From NCBI GenBank assembly GCA_976551045.1, contig CDPCPM010000022.1, positions 6,572,001 through 6,636,000 of the forward strand: 64,000 bases of DNA. Direction: 5' to 3'. A program made the position numbers and the translations under genes. The stretch is from Glaucostegus cemiculus. Its lineage: Eukaryota. The notes below the pieces were generated by a model. It was not told the origin of the DNA, did no database searches, and was given only the letters and a program-made list of their open reading frames with translations. Positions within the stretch are counted from its first letter, which is position 1; each line of letters begins with the position of its first letter. Positions 24,446-38,149 of the stretch are shown piece by piece.

Positions 24446-27400
24446 TCATACCATATCGAATTATCAGATGTCAATGAATCATAAAAATCCTGTATTCTTC
24501 ACCAGTTTAGAGCGGCCAAGTATTTTTTGCTTCTGATCTTTGCCCTTTCAAATTGACAAAGCCACCTTCCAAGCAGAACAGCTGGCTTGAAATCCATGTT
24601 GGATGGTATAAGACAATCAGATGGCTATGGACACTCCAACAGCTTGAAGTATAGCACAAGTGCATTCAAAGAACTAAATGTTGCTGTTTATTGAAATATA
24701 TATATGTTTGTTGCATGGCTTGCTGAGATTTGGTTCAGATGGATTTGGTGGGAAGATTTATTTCTCAAAAGCTGACTCAGTTTTGAAACATGAAAGCTGT
24801 AAGGAACCCACCATACTGAACAAAATAATAATCAACACCAAAATTTATCTTAGTTGGTATTTTCACACATATTAAGTGGCCAAACTGACAGCAACCTCAC
24901 TTCCAGTTTGTTTATCCTCAGCCCCAGGATAAATTTAACTATTTTAGCCCTTCTTTGTGATTACTTGTACAGATTCACTGCTAAGTACAATGTAAAATGA
25001 TGTGCTTTCCCCTTTAGCCACACAGAAGAATCTAGGAGTCTCAGGACTCCTCAGAGTGTCCCAGAAGAGGAAATGTACAGTGTTCTTAAAATCTAAATGG
25101 AATAATGTAATATGCCAGTAACATAACAACATGACACCACATTAGATCAGAACCAAAGCTCATAGTTTATGAGGCAGTCACAATTGTCTCTCTATTTAAT
25201 ACAGCTGAAACATGAACAGTGTACAGGAAATACCTCTAGGCATTGGAAAAGTGTCATCAATTCTGCAAGTGAATGGTAATACTTACTCTGATGAACCAAT
25301 GGCTGCATCCTTTCCCAACAACCATAACAATTACCAAAGTAATGATTATCTGACATCAATTTCTCTGGCAGACCATATCATGGGAATGTCAGACTTCAAA
25401 CTCTGAAGCCAGCCTTTTTCTCCAGAAACCTGTCTCAGAAACAAAAGTTCAGCCAACTCCACCACACCTGATCCTATCACTCATGACACTGCTGAATGAA
25501 GAGATGGCAAATTCAACCTTTGCACCTGAAGGAAAGCTGCCAGTTCCTCAGGCACCACCATGCAGCAAGACTGTAAGAAGAAAAATGTGTATGGACATCA
25601 GAGAATGAGGTACCCATCATTTTTGTTTAATAAAATAAAAGGCTGGCCTGATAGAGAGTGTGATCTGTACAAGTTTGGTCATCATATGAGAACTCTATGT
25701 AAATGTTTCATCTCCATGCAATCAGGTTCATTGGATTGCATGTTGTTGCAAGCTACATGAGACTATCAGTTTCTGTGCAATTGATATACTCCAAGATAAC
25801 AGTTATCCAACCAGAAAGGAGATTATACACACATTATCATATTGCTCTAAAGAATATTATTGTCAGGATAAGTGGTCATTACAACAAAGGCCACATTGAT
25901 GCCTTCTGAAAATATAATGAAAATAAAATATGTACAAATCTGTTCCAACCTATTGGCTTAAATTTTGTTAGGTTTGCTCAACCATTTCTTACATTACAAA
26001 ACATTGGAAAATAATCTTAGATGGTGGCTCTTATATAGTGACATGTTTACCTCCAATGAAGTTATTTATTTTGATGAAACCTTTTGCCAAGACTATGCAA
26101 AAAGTAGGTTTAGAGTGCTGACATTATGATTCGTAAACAAGGATGAATATAATATCACAGAGTTGCCATTGTTCTTCATTATCATGGCTCACCAACTGAG
26201 GTGTACATCCAGTAAAATATTACAATTTGACCAGTGGAGTAAGTGTGGTGCAAAAAATAAACGCACTCTCAATGCTGTGTTTTCACTTGTATTTTAAATA
26301 TGCAGTTAAGTATAATAATGTGGTTGGATTTTGAAATCTGGTTCTTTGTTACAGTGACATTCTATGAGATGTTTAAATAATATTTTAAAACTGAGAATTA
26401 TTCATCCTCATAAGGACATAACACTGCTACAATGTCCTCATTCTCCCCCCAACACTCTTCAACCTTGCAACCCCCACACTCCCCTCTGACTCTCCCTAAT
26501 TCTGAAAAAGGATCCAGTGTCTTTGTAATATGGTAACAGTACACTTAAACAGAAGAAAAATAACATTTTTCACTAATTTATTAAAGGTGTTCCTACCATG
26601 ATATAGTATCAAATGATACCTTGAAAGCGGGAGGGGGGCATAAACAATTAGTTTGCTCATGTACAAATTCTTCTTTCTTCTTAACGCAGACAAAAATATA
26701 CATCAGAAATTTTCAATTTTCACTGCACTATCCTTACAGATCTAACAAGTCCTGAATGTTAATATTGCCATGGCATGAAACTATGTTCCAGAGATACAGT
26801 GAAGTAAATGCACAAGAAATGTTATTAGTCCTCTGATGTAATCAAATACATGTACTGCTCAAGTACAGTTTATTTTCTATATTTTCCAATGAAATGATTA
26901 TGAAACATAAACTTTCCATCTGTATCTTCAAGGTTTCCTTTTTATATGGAAACACACTTACTGCCCTGTTGTTTCTTGGTCAGAATTATCCAGCACAATC
27001 ATTCATAATAAATACTAAATTGGATCCTGTTGTTCCAGACAGCACTGACACCATGTGAGGTCACATCCAGAGACTACATGGAGGCCAACAAAGCATGTTC
27101 CAAGCTGAAATATTGTTTTCTATAAAAGGATGTCAGTTGTTTAGTGATAGGTTTCACATTCCACGAGAGATTGTGTAAGGACTTGGCCCATTTGTTTGAT
27201 TTGTTTAAAGGAAATACACAAACGATGTAAACTGTTTTAACATCTATAAATATGGGTTCCAGCAAAACAGAAAATCTTAACACCATAAGAGTTCATAGGA
27301 CTGTTTTTACTCTACTTTCATTTAGCAAAGAATAAAGGGCCAAAGACCTGAGCCAAGAAATTGGATAGTGTGGCATAGTTTTTCTCTGCACTACGCAATC

Positions 27401-27682
27401 CAGGGTTGATTTATCTTGGAGCAGGTTGCACGAACTATCATTTCCAGGTAAAATCACACCAGTCACAAAATCAGAAAGGCACTGCTGTCTACTAGTGTGC
27501 CGGAACTTTTCCAGCCGTCAGGAGCTTACCTAAAGCTACCATTATTTGCCACTTTCCATTCTTGCCAACATAAATTTCAGCTCAAGGCTCCAGGTTCCAA
27601 ACATCATGAAACAGTCTCACTCAAAAGTTTCCTTCTTCCTTTGTCATATAAGGGAACACCTGGCTGACATTGGAAGACCTTA

Positions 27683-27977
27683 TAAGAGATCTTTATTAGT
27701 CACATGTACATTGAAACACACAGTGAAATGCATCTTTTGCATAGAATGTTCTGGGGGTAGCCCACAAGTGTCACCACGCTTCCGGCACCAACATAGCATG
27801 CCCACAACCTCCTAACCCGTACGTCTTTGGAATGTGGAAGGAAACTGGGGCAACTGGAGGAAACCCACGTAGATACAGGGAGAATGTACAAAATCCTACA
27901 GACAGCAGCCGGAATTGAACCCAGATCGCTGGCGCTGTAATAGTATTAAACTAACCACTACACTACTATGCCTGCCC
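27683..27977 (-). mobile_element. V-SINE with Rex1-type tail, full length
   Basis: Near-identical to 4285-4574. Confidence 0.93.
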
Positions 27978-28049
27978 TCATTGGGCAGCTTCACAACTAA
28001 TGGCAGACTATTCAGGTTTCTGGGAGACTATTAAGGGTGTGCCCTGGGA

Positions 28050-29900
28050 GACAAGAGTCCCTCCCTTAGTAGAGGCCACCATAATTATGACAACAACAGA
28101 TAGGAATGTGGTCCTCTCCATTCTTTGCCAGAATAACATGGCATTCACATGTGGTTCTCAGCAGAGAGGCTATAATTTTTAAGCACCACTCAATGTCTTG
28201 CCGCAATATATGATAAACATAGCATGAGAGTCTTTCTCAGTGAGGCATGGCAGAGTTTTCAGCAATGCCAGCGGCTGCCATGCCAGCTGTTGCCACACTA
28301 GGATCTATTAGCCTGGGATCTGGAGGTTGTACCAACAGTGAAACAGTCTGAGCTCCATCCAATTATTGCACCATTGTCTCTGGGGAGTTCTCAGATATGT
28401 GGGTTCAGGACATTAATGTCCTCTCTCATGAAGGCACCAAGTCACCTCCACTATGGTTTCACAGGGAGTATGATCACCCATGCTCCATGGCCACCCATTG
28501 TAGACTCCTCTTCCAACTTATCCTGAGCAACAGTCTGAAGCAGTCCACCTCAGGTAAGAACTTCTCGTGGATCATCAAGGACATCTATATGGTGGAGCAG
28601 TAAAAAGACTGTAGGCACAGAGAGAGCTCTGAAACATGGGACTAGGACAACTAAGACCTGCATATAAGGTCGTGAAACAGAAAAGACACCACAGTGTGTG
28701 ACTTTACACAAAATGTTATGATTTTCCATTAATGTATCATTTGTCCTGGCTTTGTCAGAATGCAATATTCTTAGTGAGTCCCATCTGACCCCTATATAAC
28801 TCTCGTCTGATGTCTTTGCATTCAAATCCTCTTGCAATAAAGCCAAGATGCCATTTGCCACCAGACTTATTGTACCGGCATGCTAGTATTCAGTGGTTTG
28901 CACACAAGGACAACCAGATCTGTCTGAATTCCAACACATTTCAATCTTAAGCAATGTCCTAAGTTTCTTTTTTTTCTCTGAAAGAGAGAAGTCCACACTG
29001 TATTCCATCTGTTATGTTCTTACTCATTCACCTAACCTGTATGTATCCCTGAAGTTTCTCTGTACCGTTCTCACAACCCACACTGCCACCTAGCAGAGTA
29101 TCATCAGCAAAGAGGTCTGTGAAAGAAGTGGAATGTGAGGCTTGTCTCTGCCCCTGCAGAAGGGGGAACCAGTACCTGTGTGCCATGTCTCTTGTCCAGG
29201 AGGGCAATTTGATCACGTGCAGCAGTCTTCTGTTTGTGTAGCGTCCTTTATTCCTGTGGAAATGACAACAGTTTGTGAGTATCATCTCTACGTCCACTGG
29301 ATGGCAATCTGCTCAGTGAGGAGACTGACCTGTCACGAGTGGCATATCACTGTTGTTCTGGAGCTTCAAGCTGTCCATCCAGCTGAATCAGGGCAAGACT
29401 GACTTTTGGGTGCCCTCCATCAATGTCTCCACTGCAGCTATTAGCTGAGTCAGTGGGTGCTTATTTTCTTGTAAAGGAGCTCAGGTGATATCAGAGTGGG
29501 GCACGTGATCTCCTGCCTGTGCACAACCTCCTGTGAAAGCAGGGAGGTGGAATCCTCCAAACTTCTTGTCAGCTCCTGCGAATGGCAACTCGCCATCCAT
29601 CTCACTCTGTGTCCACGTCAGCATTCTCATAAAAATGCCCCAGTTATAGCCTGCATCTGAGCCCTTTGGGCAGTATGGAAGCATAGACCTTCTCACTGAC
29701 CTTTCCCCAGTGAGCCCCTGCACCAGTTTTCCATGTTCCTGGTGCTAATATACAGCCTGCCAGTGGTGGGTATATCTCCCTCTGACACACATCCCTGTGC
29801 TTCGCCTCCCATATGCTGCCAGTCTCTGAGGCAATACTGATAGGTGCGAGATGCAGCAGTGCACTTTGTTCATTATTATCAGCATTTACATTCCTTCCCC
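28050..29900 (-). mobile_element. PIF/Harbinger transposase relic (pseudogenised), interrupted by a CR1
   Basis: The minus strand shows, in the expected order, degenerate equivalents of R.YPP (29760-29780), ISQ.VV...IK (~29250-29285), GFP.VQG..D..HI (~29130-29175), FH.L..QV (~28655-28680), RYPGS.HD...LR (~28548-28587) and G.LK (~28258-28270). All are frameshifted. Confidence 0.55.
28735..29115 (-). mobile_element. CR1 RT fragment inside the Harbinger relic
   Basis: FADDTLLGGSVGCENGTEKLQGYI (end of ORF 29028-29297) and ANGILA (ORF 28550-28861). Confidence 0.75.
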
Positions 29901-30477
29901 TCTGCCTCCTTCCAGTCTTCCCTCCTGCTTCAGATAAAGGCATTCTGAATGGGGAGAAATGAGGCTGAAATGCTGCAACAGCAAAGCAGGAGATAGTTGC
30001 TCTCGCAAGTTGCAGCAAAATACTTTTTATGATGATGAATCAGCATAAATTGGAATGAGGAAGTTTACTGCAGATCAAATCAAAGAAGGTGCAATCATCA
30101 CAATGAAGCACTGTTAGTTAATGCAGCTGCAGATTTCATATATCCTCTGCACTATGGCCTCTATGTCCACAAGGCTGTATGAATATAAGGATTGCTGATT
30201 CCCAAGTGATTGTGAGACATCAGCGGCCCTCCTTTTTTTTTGCTTCCTGTTTCGTCTAGACCAAGTGTGCTCGGTGCTGCAATATGGCTTCCAAACTTTC
30301 TCCTTTTAATCATAACTTTTTTTTGATGGATTAAGTCTTTGCTTTTATTGCCCTCTAATATGTGGGCAAGACAGTACTAAAACTTCCACCATTTAAATCA
30401 CTCTGGAATATTTCATAATGACTTCGACTCCATTGCCAAATTAAGATACATGAAAAATACTATGTACATTCTTGGTG

Positions 30478-31008
30478 ATAATGTGTTCAGTTCTGGTTGC
30501 CTCATTATAGAAAGGATGTGGAAGCTTTAGAGAGGGTGCAGAGGAGATTGACCAGGATGTTGCCTAGATTGGAGAGCGTGTTTTATGAGGATAGGTTGAG
30601 CGAGCTAGGGCTTCTCTCTTTCAAGCGAAGGGGGATGAGAGATGACTTGATAAAGGTGTACAAGATGATAAGAGACGTAGATTGAGAGGACAGTCAGAGA
30701 CTTTTTCCCAGTGCGACAATGGTTAATACGTAATTTTAAGGTGATTGGAGGAAGGTATAAGGGGGATGTCAGGGGTAAGTTTTTTACACAGAGAGTAGTG
30801 GGTGCGTGGAACACACTGCCGGCAGAGGTGGTGGAGGCAGATACATCAGGAACATCTAAGAGACTCTTAGATAGACACATGAATGACAGAAAAATAGAGG
30901 GCTGTGTGGGAGGGAAGGGTTAGATAGATCTTAGAGCAGGATAAAATGTCAGCACAACATTGTGGGCCGAAGGGCCTGTACTGTGTTGAAATGTTCTATG
31001 TTCTATGT
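30478..31008 (+). mobile_element. 5'-truncated young CR1 LINE
   Basis: PHYRKDVEALERVQRRLTRMLP and GKFFTQRVVGAWNTLP. The 3' end is gggccgaagggcct followed by (atgttct)n. Confidence 0.95.
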
Positions 31009-31599
31009 TGTAATGGCAATACATTGTTCAAAAGTTGTTTTTAAGTAAGAAACAGAGATACCAACTTCTGTACATTATTAGTTTATTTTAAATACTTTGA
31101 TACAAAAGCAGGAAAAATGCTACTTGGTGGTTTGTGCAATTCCTAAATTTGAATAATCCTGAAAAAATGTATTGTTATGTCTAGATGTTCTGTGATCAAT
31201 TGTTTTAAACAAGGTGCATAAAGTCTGGAATTCACTGTGATACTAATAATTTCCATAGGAATGGGTATAGGTATGATGTCTCACGATATTGACATTTAGC
31301 TACATATTATTTTGAAAAAACTAAGTGGACAATGTCACTTGTAAAAGTGAAAAATATATTTGTTCAAGTGTAAATTTTTGGAATTATTGTACCATTATTA
31401 AATCGCTATTCTGATTAAATCTCAAAATGAGAAATTTCAGAAGCACAGATTATTTCAAATTATGAGAGGGAAGGTTCCTTTACTCAAAGTAATTAAATTC
31501 ACATTTTCATATTAATTTAAAATGTTGCAGGAATCACAAGAAAGTTTAATTTTAGGATGAATAATTTGTGAATATTGTTGCCTGTAACACATCATGATG

Positions 31600-31780
31600 C
31601 ACCTGGAATATTGACTATTCCCTCTCTTTCTCCACTCTTAACAAATTTGTTTTCAGCTATCTATCCCCGTGCTCAGAAATTCCCTCCCTAAATATCTCTT
31701 CCTTCTTTCTTTAAAGACTTTTGTTTGACCAAAAGTTTGGGATCGCAGCTAATGTTTTCATTTCTGCTCTGTGCTCAGAT
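31600..31780 (+). mobile_element. Old L2-type 3' fragment
   Basis: ttttcagctatctatccccgtgctcagaaattccctccctaaa...tttaaagac...tttgaccaa resembles an L2 terminus (AFS...P.LWNSLP...FK..LK). Confidence 0.45.
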
Positions 31781-32860
31781 TCAGACAGCGAGTAGGATAG
31801 CATTATTTTATGAAGGATGGTCATCATTTACACTTTCCAACCCACAGACTACAGAAGTATATGAGTTACATCTCTCCAAAGTCTGATTGGACAAATATCT
31901 TGAAGAAAAACACCTGTCTCGTTAAAACAATGTATTGGATGAACGTATGGACGCTGAACTTCCTCCTCAACGTTCTGCCTGGCAATACTTGGACACACTA
32001 CACCAGAGCACACTCAGTCTGACCTGCCCTGACCCTGACCCTGCTGTGTTTGTAAGTTCACTTAATTCCTAAGGTCCAAGTTGCTTTCTGGCATTTAGTC
32101 AGAAGCCCAACTGCTGCTGCTGCTAACCTATCAGCTTTGCAGTACTACGAGTGTAGAGAATACTTAGAGGGAAATGTTTCATGCTGTGATAACTGCTGTC
32201 TAAGGAATACTGTCAGCCATTCAGTTGTGTCTTTCACACTCTGCCTTGTGTAGATATGAGCACTCCCCCTTGGGCAATCGCCTGGAAATTTCTGTATGCT
32301 TGAACAATAGTGCCAGAAACTGGATTTCACAATTCTGGTATGCTCAAGTATCATTACATTTAGCACTTCTACTGAGTCAGATCTTCCTGCAAAAAAAAAT
32401 TACAATGTAAGTCAAAAAGAAGTTGGAAATGGTATTAGAGTGGGTTACATGCAGAAACAAAAGCTAAAATGGGACCTGTGTGGTGCCCAATGGGAGCAGG
32501 CTCGATGAAGTGCAGCTGCCAGTACTTCACTGTTCAACAGTCACAGAAGGGTATCAGCCCTTAAAGGCATACTCCCTTTGACAGATCGACACCAGCAACA
32601 ACATTTATAGCTGCCTTTGAGGAAAGAGACCTGAGGCAAGAGGGCCATGATTTCCAGAAAGGGACATAGGATTCCTGCTTCACAAACCATGCAGCAGAAG
32701 GAAAGCCTTGTATAGTGGGAGTGGGTGGAGGAAACCTGACAGTGCCATGATTAGAAAAACCTGGCAGGAATGGCTGGAGTTGTCTTCTCCTGGACTTGAG
32801 AACGTCAGAAGCAATAATCAAGGAAATCTCAAGAGCTCACCAGAAGATTGTTCTTCTAAA

Positions 32861-32876
32861 CAAACACACACACACA

Positions 32877-32920
<44 letters not shown>

Positions 32921-32924
32921 CACA
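32861..32924. repeat. Compound microsatellite (CA)n(CACG)n(CA)n
   Basis: Directly visible. Confidence 0.97.
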
Positions 32925-34227
32925 GAGTTACTCTGCCCACAACTACCACATATCCTATCTTCCCCTACACCACCCACAGTCGTATGACCATTGACATTTT
33001 AGCACCGCAATTTGACACAGACATCGCGTCTTCAAAACGTAGGATAATGAAAAAGTTGTGCAATATCCCACATGTCCTGTATTCAGAGTAATACTGCAAG
33101 AAATCAGATGAGGCCACCCACACAGGAGGAAACTATAATGTACGGAAGCTGATGTCTCTGTTTCTTACCTAAAAACAACTTCTGAGCAATGCATTGCCAT
33201 TAATACCAAAAATGTCCATATTATTTCAAATGCATTTTAATTTGGCAGCAGACTCATAAATTATTGTGAAAGAAATAATAAAGGTACTGTGTCTGTTCAA
33301 ATTCTATAAGTTTCAGTGTTGTCTCATTGCCCAAAATTTATAGAGCAATAAAGGCTTAAATATGATTTAAAAAAATGATTAAAAGGGGAAATGTTGGACC
33401 CACATTGCAGAGCCAAGCAGGCTGGATATGGATGAACAGGCATAAAACAAAAGGGGAGCCACTGCAGTCTCACAACCACCTGGGAACAAGTAACTCTTAG
33501 ATTTATACACCCCAGAAGGGTGAAACTGATCCATATCAAACAGGCACTTAGCTCTGCAGGGGGTGGATAATGACTAGAAGTATTGACAAAGATGATAGTG
33601 GTCCAGGAATTTGAAAGCATTGCATCCATTTTATAGACACTAATTGGACACCCAGCATTCCAGTGTGACAATCAGGAATCATATCCTCATTATGAACAGG
33701 AAGTGCCTGACTGTCAGAAGATATACACTCATATACATTTCTCCACTGAAACAGGCTTTGGGTCTTTTTCGCAGAAATCTGAGAGGGCCTCTGTGTGTGA
33801 GTGGATTGCCTGAATAGTACTGGGACTGGTCCATCCACATTCAGGTTAAAAGGTACACATGATGCCCAACATATAGTCTTTAAAGTGCTTGTGGTGGACT
33901 GTCACCAACAGGGAAAGTTTCTCATATCTACTTGTGCAGAAGTACTTCTGTCACCTCCAAAAAAAATCAGGCCAAACTTCAACCATCTTTCTTTTTCCTT
34001 TCCTCCATTTCTAAACCTCACTGGACAAGCATAATCTTCTATCTATTGGATCAAAGTTCACAGCACTCATACTTAGGTTATAATGAGTCTTATAGGACAC
34101 TTCACTTAATAGGCTTATGCCCCACTCATCATCATGCCATCCAAGCACTAATGTGAGACAAGTGTCCATGATACTCTCATTCCCCTCTTACAACCTAAAG
34201 GTAAAGCTTGTCCATGAGAAATCCTTA

Positions 34228-34487
34228 GGGCAGCACGATAGCATAGCAGTTAGCACGACACTGTTACAGCGCCAGCGATCGGGGTTCGATTCCGGCCGCT
34301 GACTGTAAGGAGTTTGTATGTTCTCCCGTGTCTGCGTGGGTTTCCTCCGGGTGCTTCGGTTTCCTCCCACATTCTAAAAAGACATACGGGTAGGTGAATT
34401 TGGGGGTTTAAAATGGGCGGCGCGGACTCGTTGGGCTGAAAGGGCCTGTTACCACACTGTAAATAAAATTTAAACAATTTTAAAAAA
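34228..34487 (+). mobile_element. V-SINE with CR1-type tail, full length
   Basis: Head ggcagcacgatagcatagcagttag, B-box gggttcgattcc and V-domain tgggtttcctccgggtgcttcggtttcctcccaca. The tail gactcgttgggctgaaagggcctgttaccacactgt is followed by an A/T-rich end. Confidence 0.93.
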
Positions 34488-34902
34488 GAAATGGAACTAA
34501 AGAAGCGCCATCTTCTTTAGTGGGAAGTTGTGGAAGGTGGTGATGCTGGAAGTAAGGTGTTAGTTTGACACTTCAAATAACAGGACAGAGTGTTAGTCTC
34601 AGCTTCATGTTCTTTCTCAAAGTATTGCAATCCATTCATGTTGAGCAAACATTGCTGCAAATTAAATGTTCTTCTGTGTTTCATATAAGCTTCTTTCCTG
34701 AAAGAGCACCAGTCTCTTGAGAAGATCTACCCGGTGAGTTTCAAGGTCTGCCACATGGTAAAGCAATAGGCAATGGTGAGAATAAAGTTCTGGATCGGCT
34801 GAAAGAAAGTGTGCTTCTTGGCAACCTATGTCTTGAAAACAAGAAAGCTTCTTTGGGGAGCCTGTGCTGCTGACATGGGGCAAGAAGTATCTGAGTTTTG
34901 CA

Positions 34903-35055
34903 TCAATCTGCTGGAGGAACTCTGGGTCAAACGACAACTATGAGGGGAAAGGAATTGTCAATGTTTTGGGTCGAAATCCTGTCCTGATGCAAGGTTTCCC
35001 CCTTCAGCAGATTGTCTGTTGCTCCAGATTCCAGCATCTGCAGTCTCTTGTGTCT
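34903..35055. mobile_element. Palindromic Penelope-derived mini-element (internally deleted)
   Basis: Arms caatctgctggagg / ccttcagcagattg. TSD (t)ctgagttttgca at 34890-34902 and 35055-35067. ctgatgca lies at 34984. Confidence 0.83.
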
Positions 35056-38000
35056 CTGAGTTTTGCAAGCCACCTATTTCACTGGAGAAGGAATTTGGTT
35101 AGCTATAAAACAGCAAGCAGCACTTAAATAGAAACTTTCAAGAAAAAGGCATAGTTATCATTTTCATTTAAAAAAATAGACAAATGGATAGTGATCCAAA
35201 AAGGACGTCTTAGGATGAATAACTAAAACCTTGTACCTTGGGCTGTAATTTGGTGGAGAGATGAAGAGACAAAGGATTTCAACAAGTGGAAGACCTGCCA
35301 GTAGCAGGGACCATGAAGGCGATGCATAGATGCAGGGTGGAGATAAGGGTAACAAAAATGAAACAGCTTCACACGTGTTACAGCAAATGGAGCTCCAGCA
35401 TCCAGCCAGATTGCAACAAGGAACGTGATACAATCTGATACCTTGAAGGAGTATCACTTGACTGCTGCTTGACTGCTTTGTCAAGGAATACCCATTTATT
35501 TCCCTGTTATTCACTTGGATGTTGTTTTCTTCATATGACAACAGATGTATATTAAGTTTGTTAAGCCATTTCTGACACTAGAATGAGATTTTAGGGGTTA
35601 CATCAGTCCCACACACAATTGTGGTCCCCTTCTTCAACAGTGACTGCTTTGCACGATATTCCTGCCACAATAACAGCCCATATCTGGCTTGGACCTACAG
35701 CACTGCTGTCTCCAGCTAAAGGCTCATCAGTTCCTTGCTTTCATTACAGCCATTTATTTCCATCTGCTAAGTTCCTGCTCAGTATTTTCACTGTATACTT
35801 TTTATCAAATGATGATAATATCACATCCTTGCTTCAAACATATTTAACATTTCAGTCCTATTGGTATAACTGCTGGTGAGATTTACCCCCTTTTTCCATG
35901 AATGTTGCGGAAGTTATTTGATGCTTAGATTCCTGAAGGAGTCTGCCATCTTGGATTTAGCAGACACACCTTCCACTTCACCCCCATCAAGCAATCAGGA
36001 ATTTTGGGGTTCCAAGTCTTTGATGGGTTAGTTTGTAAAATGCAAGAATTTGAAGCATCATCCTTTATTTATTTGCTTATTTATTTGAGGGAACATTAAA
36101 TACAATTCTTCAAAGAAGCACAGCGTAGTTTCTCAATAGGAAATGTGATTTAAACCAGTGGTTACAAGAAAGCCCCACAGATATAGAGCCCAACAAGCTA
36201 TGCTTCAACAGTACATCATAATTAAATTCTAAAAAAATGTCAGTCAGCACTGGAGGCAAAAATAAGATTTGGACTTCTCTGCATGCACACAAAGCAGTTA
36301 CAAAGCATTTGTACTAGAGGCTGTTCTAATGTTAATTAGAGAAGGAAATGTAAGTAGAATCTGATTGTATCAACCAAAAAGACATCTGTTTTACTTAGAA
36401 CGCAAATGCCAAAGATCAATAAATAACTGACTGCAGCATGTGGTTACAGACACCACTTCCAGACAGCGAATAAAACAAACTGATTTTTACAGAAAATGAC
36501 TACATATGGAGGCATTGTCATTCGCCATCAGTATCACCGTGTATCGCGAGTGATTTTAATTAAATGCATACTGTTTTGACAATAATTCACCATGGATTCT
36601 GTGTATATTTTTCCAGCTACAAGAATCCTAACGCATCATTTGTGAATAGTAGGATTTATATTGAGGGATGATGGTAGCTCTGTCTCCACTTTTTGAAAAT
36701 AGAAATGAATATTACAGACAGCACATTTTACCTTGTTTCCCATATTGTGAAGTAATGTTACATGATTGTCTTGTATTTTACTACTCAACTGTGACTTAAC
36801 ATCTTACTTTAATGATAAAGCTCTAACCCCAATCTCTTGGTATGAAACCTGCAGCTAAATGCAGTCAAAACAAAAACAGAACTAATATTTACAATATTGT
36901 GGCAGCTGTTTGTTCAGCTGCAATGCATATAGAAAATGAGTGGGCCAGCAGTGTTTTCTTTCATAAGAGCTTCCAAAATAACAATGCATGATCACACTCT
37001 GTAAACCAGGAATGAAGTTTACCTGCCAGATTGTAATTGTGCTGCAAAAAAAATGCATAGTTCATTCTCCATTACAGAAATTTATTTCTTAAGAAATGGC
37101 CAGTTATCTTCAGAAGTGCCCATAGCACACATTTCAGAAACTTGAATTACCTTCATGTTCTGTGGAAATAAGATTGAATGAATGGCTGTTTAAAATCTGG
37201 GTTAGACAAACCTTCAAAAATTTGTTTGTCAAAGTAAATAATTAGATGCATTGCATCTGGTGCTTGGTCTGACATCCTTTAGGCAAATGAAAATGTTCAC
37301 TCCATTCAAGGATTACCAGGAATAATGATTGGTTGCTTCTTCAGTGACTGAAATCTCAGCCAATCAAAAGTACAAAAATGCTCACACATAATATTTGTAA
37401 GCTGAGGAAATCAAACTGGTTAGCACCCATTTTCATGTGCAAATTACACAAAATTCAAGTTACCTTGTGCTAGCAAACATTTCCTGGTGAAATCGCACCC
37501 ATCACAAGATTGGACAAGACACTTCCACACATAATCCTTGTCGTGTGCCTTTTCTCTGACATCAGAAGTACACCTAATGATAATGCTCTTTGTGCAACTC
37601 CCATTTCTGTCCTTACTGACACAAATTGGAGCTCAAAAAGGTGTGACCTACAGCTATTGTGGACAGTCTCCATACAAATGTGAGCTCATCGTTCTACTTT
37701 GTTGATTTTATCATTGTTTAAAGGCACACTCTGTTGACATCGGTCAACTGAACAGCTTCACAACTCAATAACCTTCCAAATAGTCACAGAGTATACTTAA
37801 ATTAACAAGGAGTGCTTTCTACAGTACTTAACTACTAAGATACAGATTCCAGGAATACCTTGATCGTGATGTCTCTTGCAGCCCTCAAAACATTTCTTGT
37901 TGAGGGTCCCTCAGGTTGCCAGCAGCTGACATATCAATTTTGCTTATCTCAGCACAAAATAAGATAAGATTACCCTAAATGAGGATGGATTTGAATAGTA

Positions 38001-38149
38001 TTAGTGTATTTCAACTTGTTTCAAGCAACAAAAAAAAATTGAACTGTGAAAATCAATAATTGGGTCTGAATTTTAATATGCTTTTGTATGTAAAGCTTCA
38101 TCATGTTTATATTCTTTTCAGTGTCCTAACACATCACAGTGTGCCCGCT

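Noticed and set aside
32561-32860. Minus-strand exon next to the microsatellite
   Set aside because: Stops occur in all frames shortly after the candidate acceptor.
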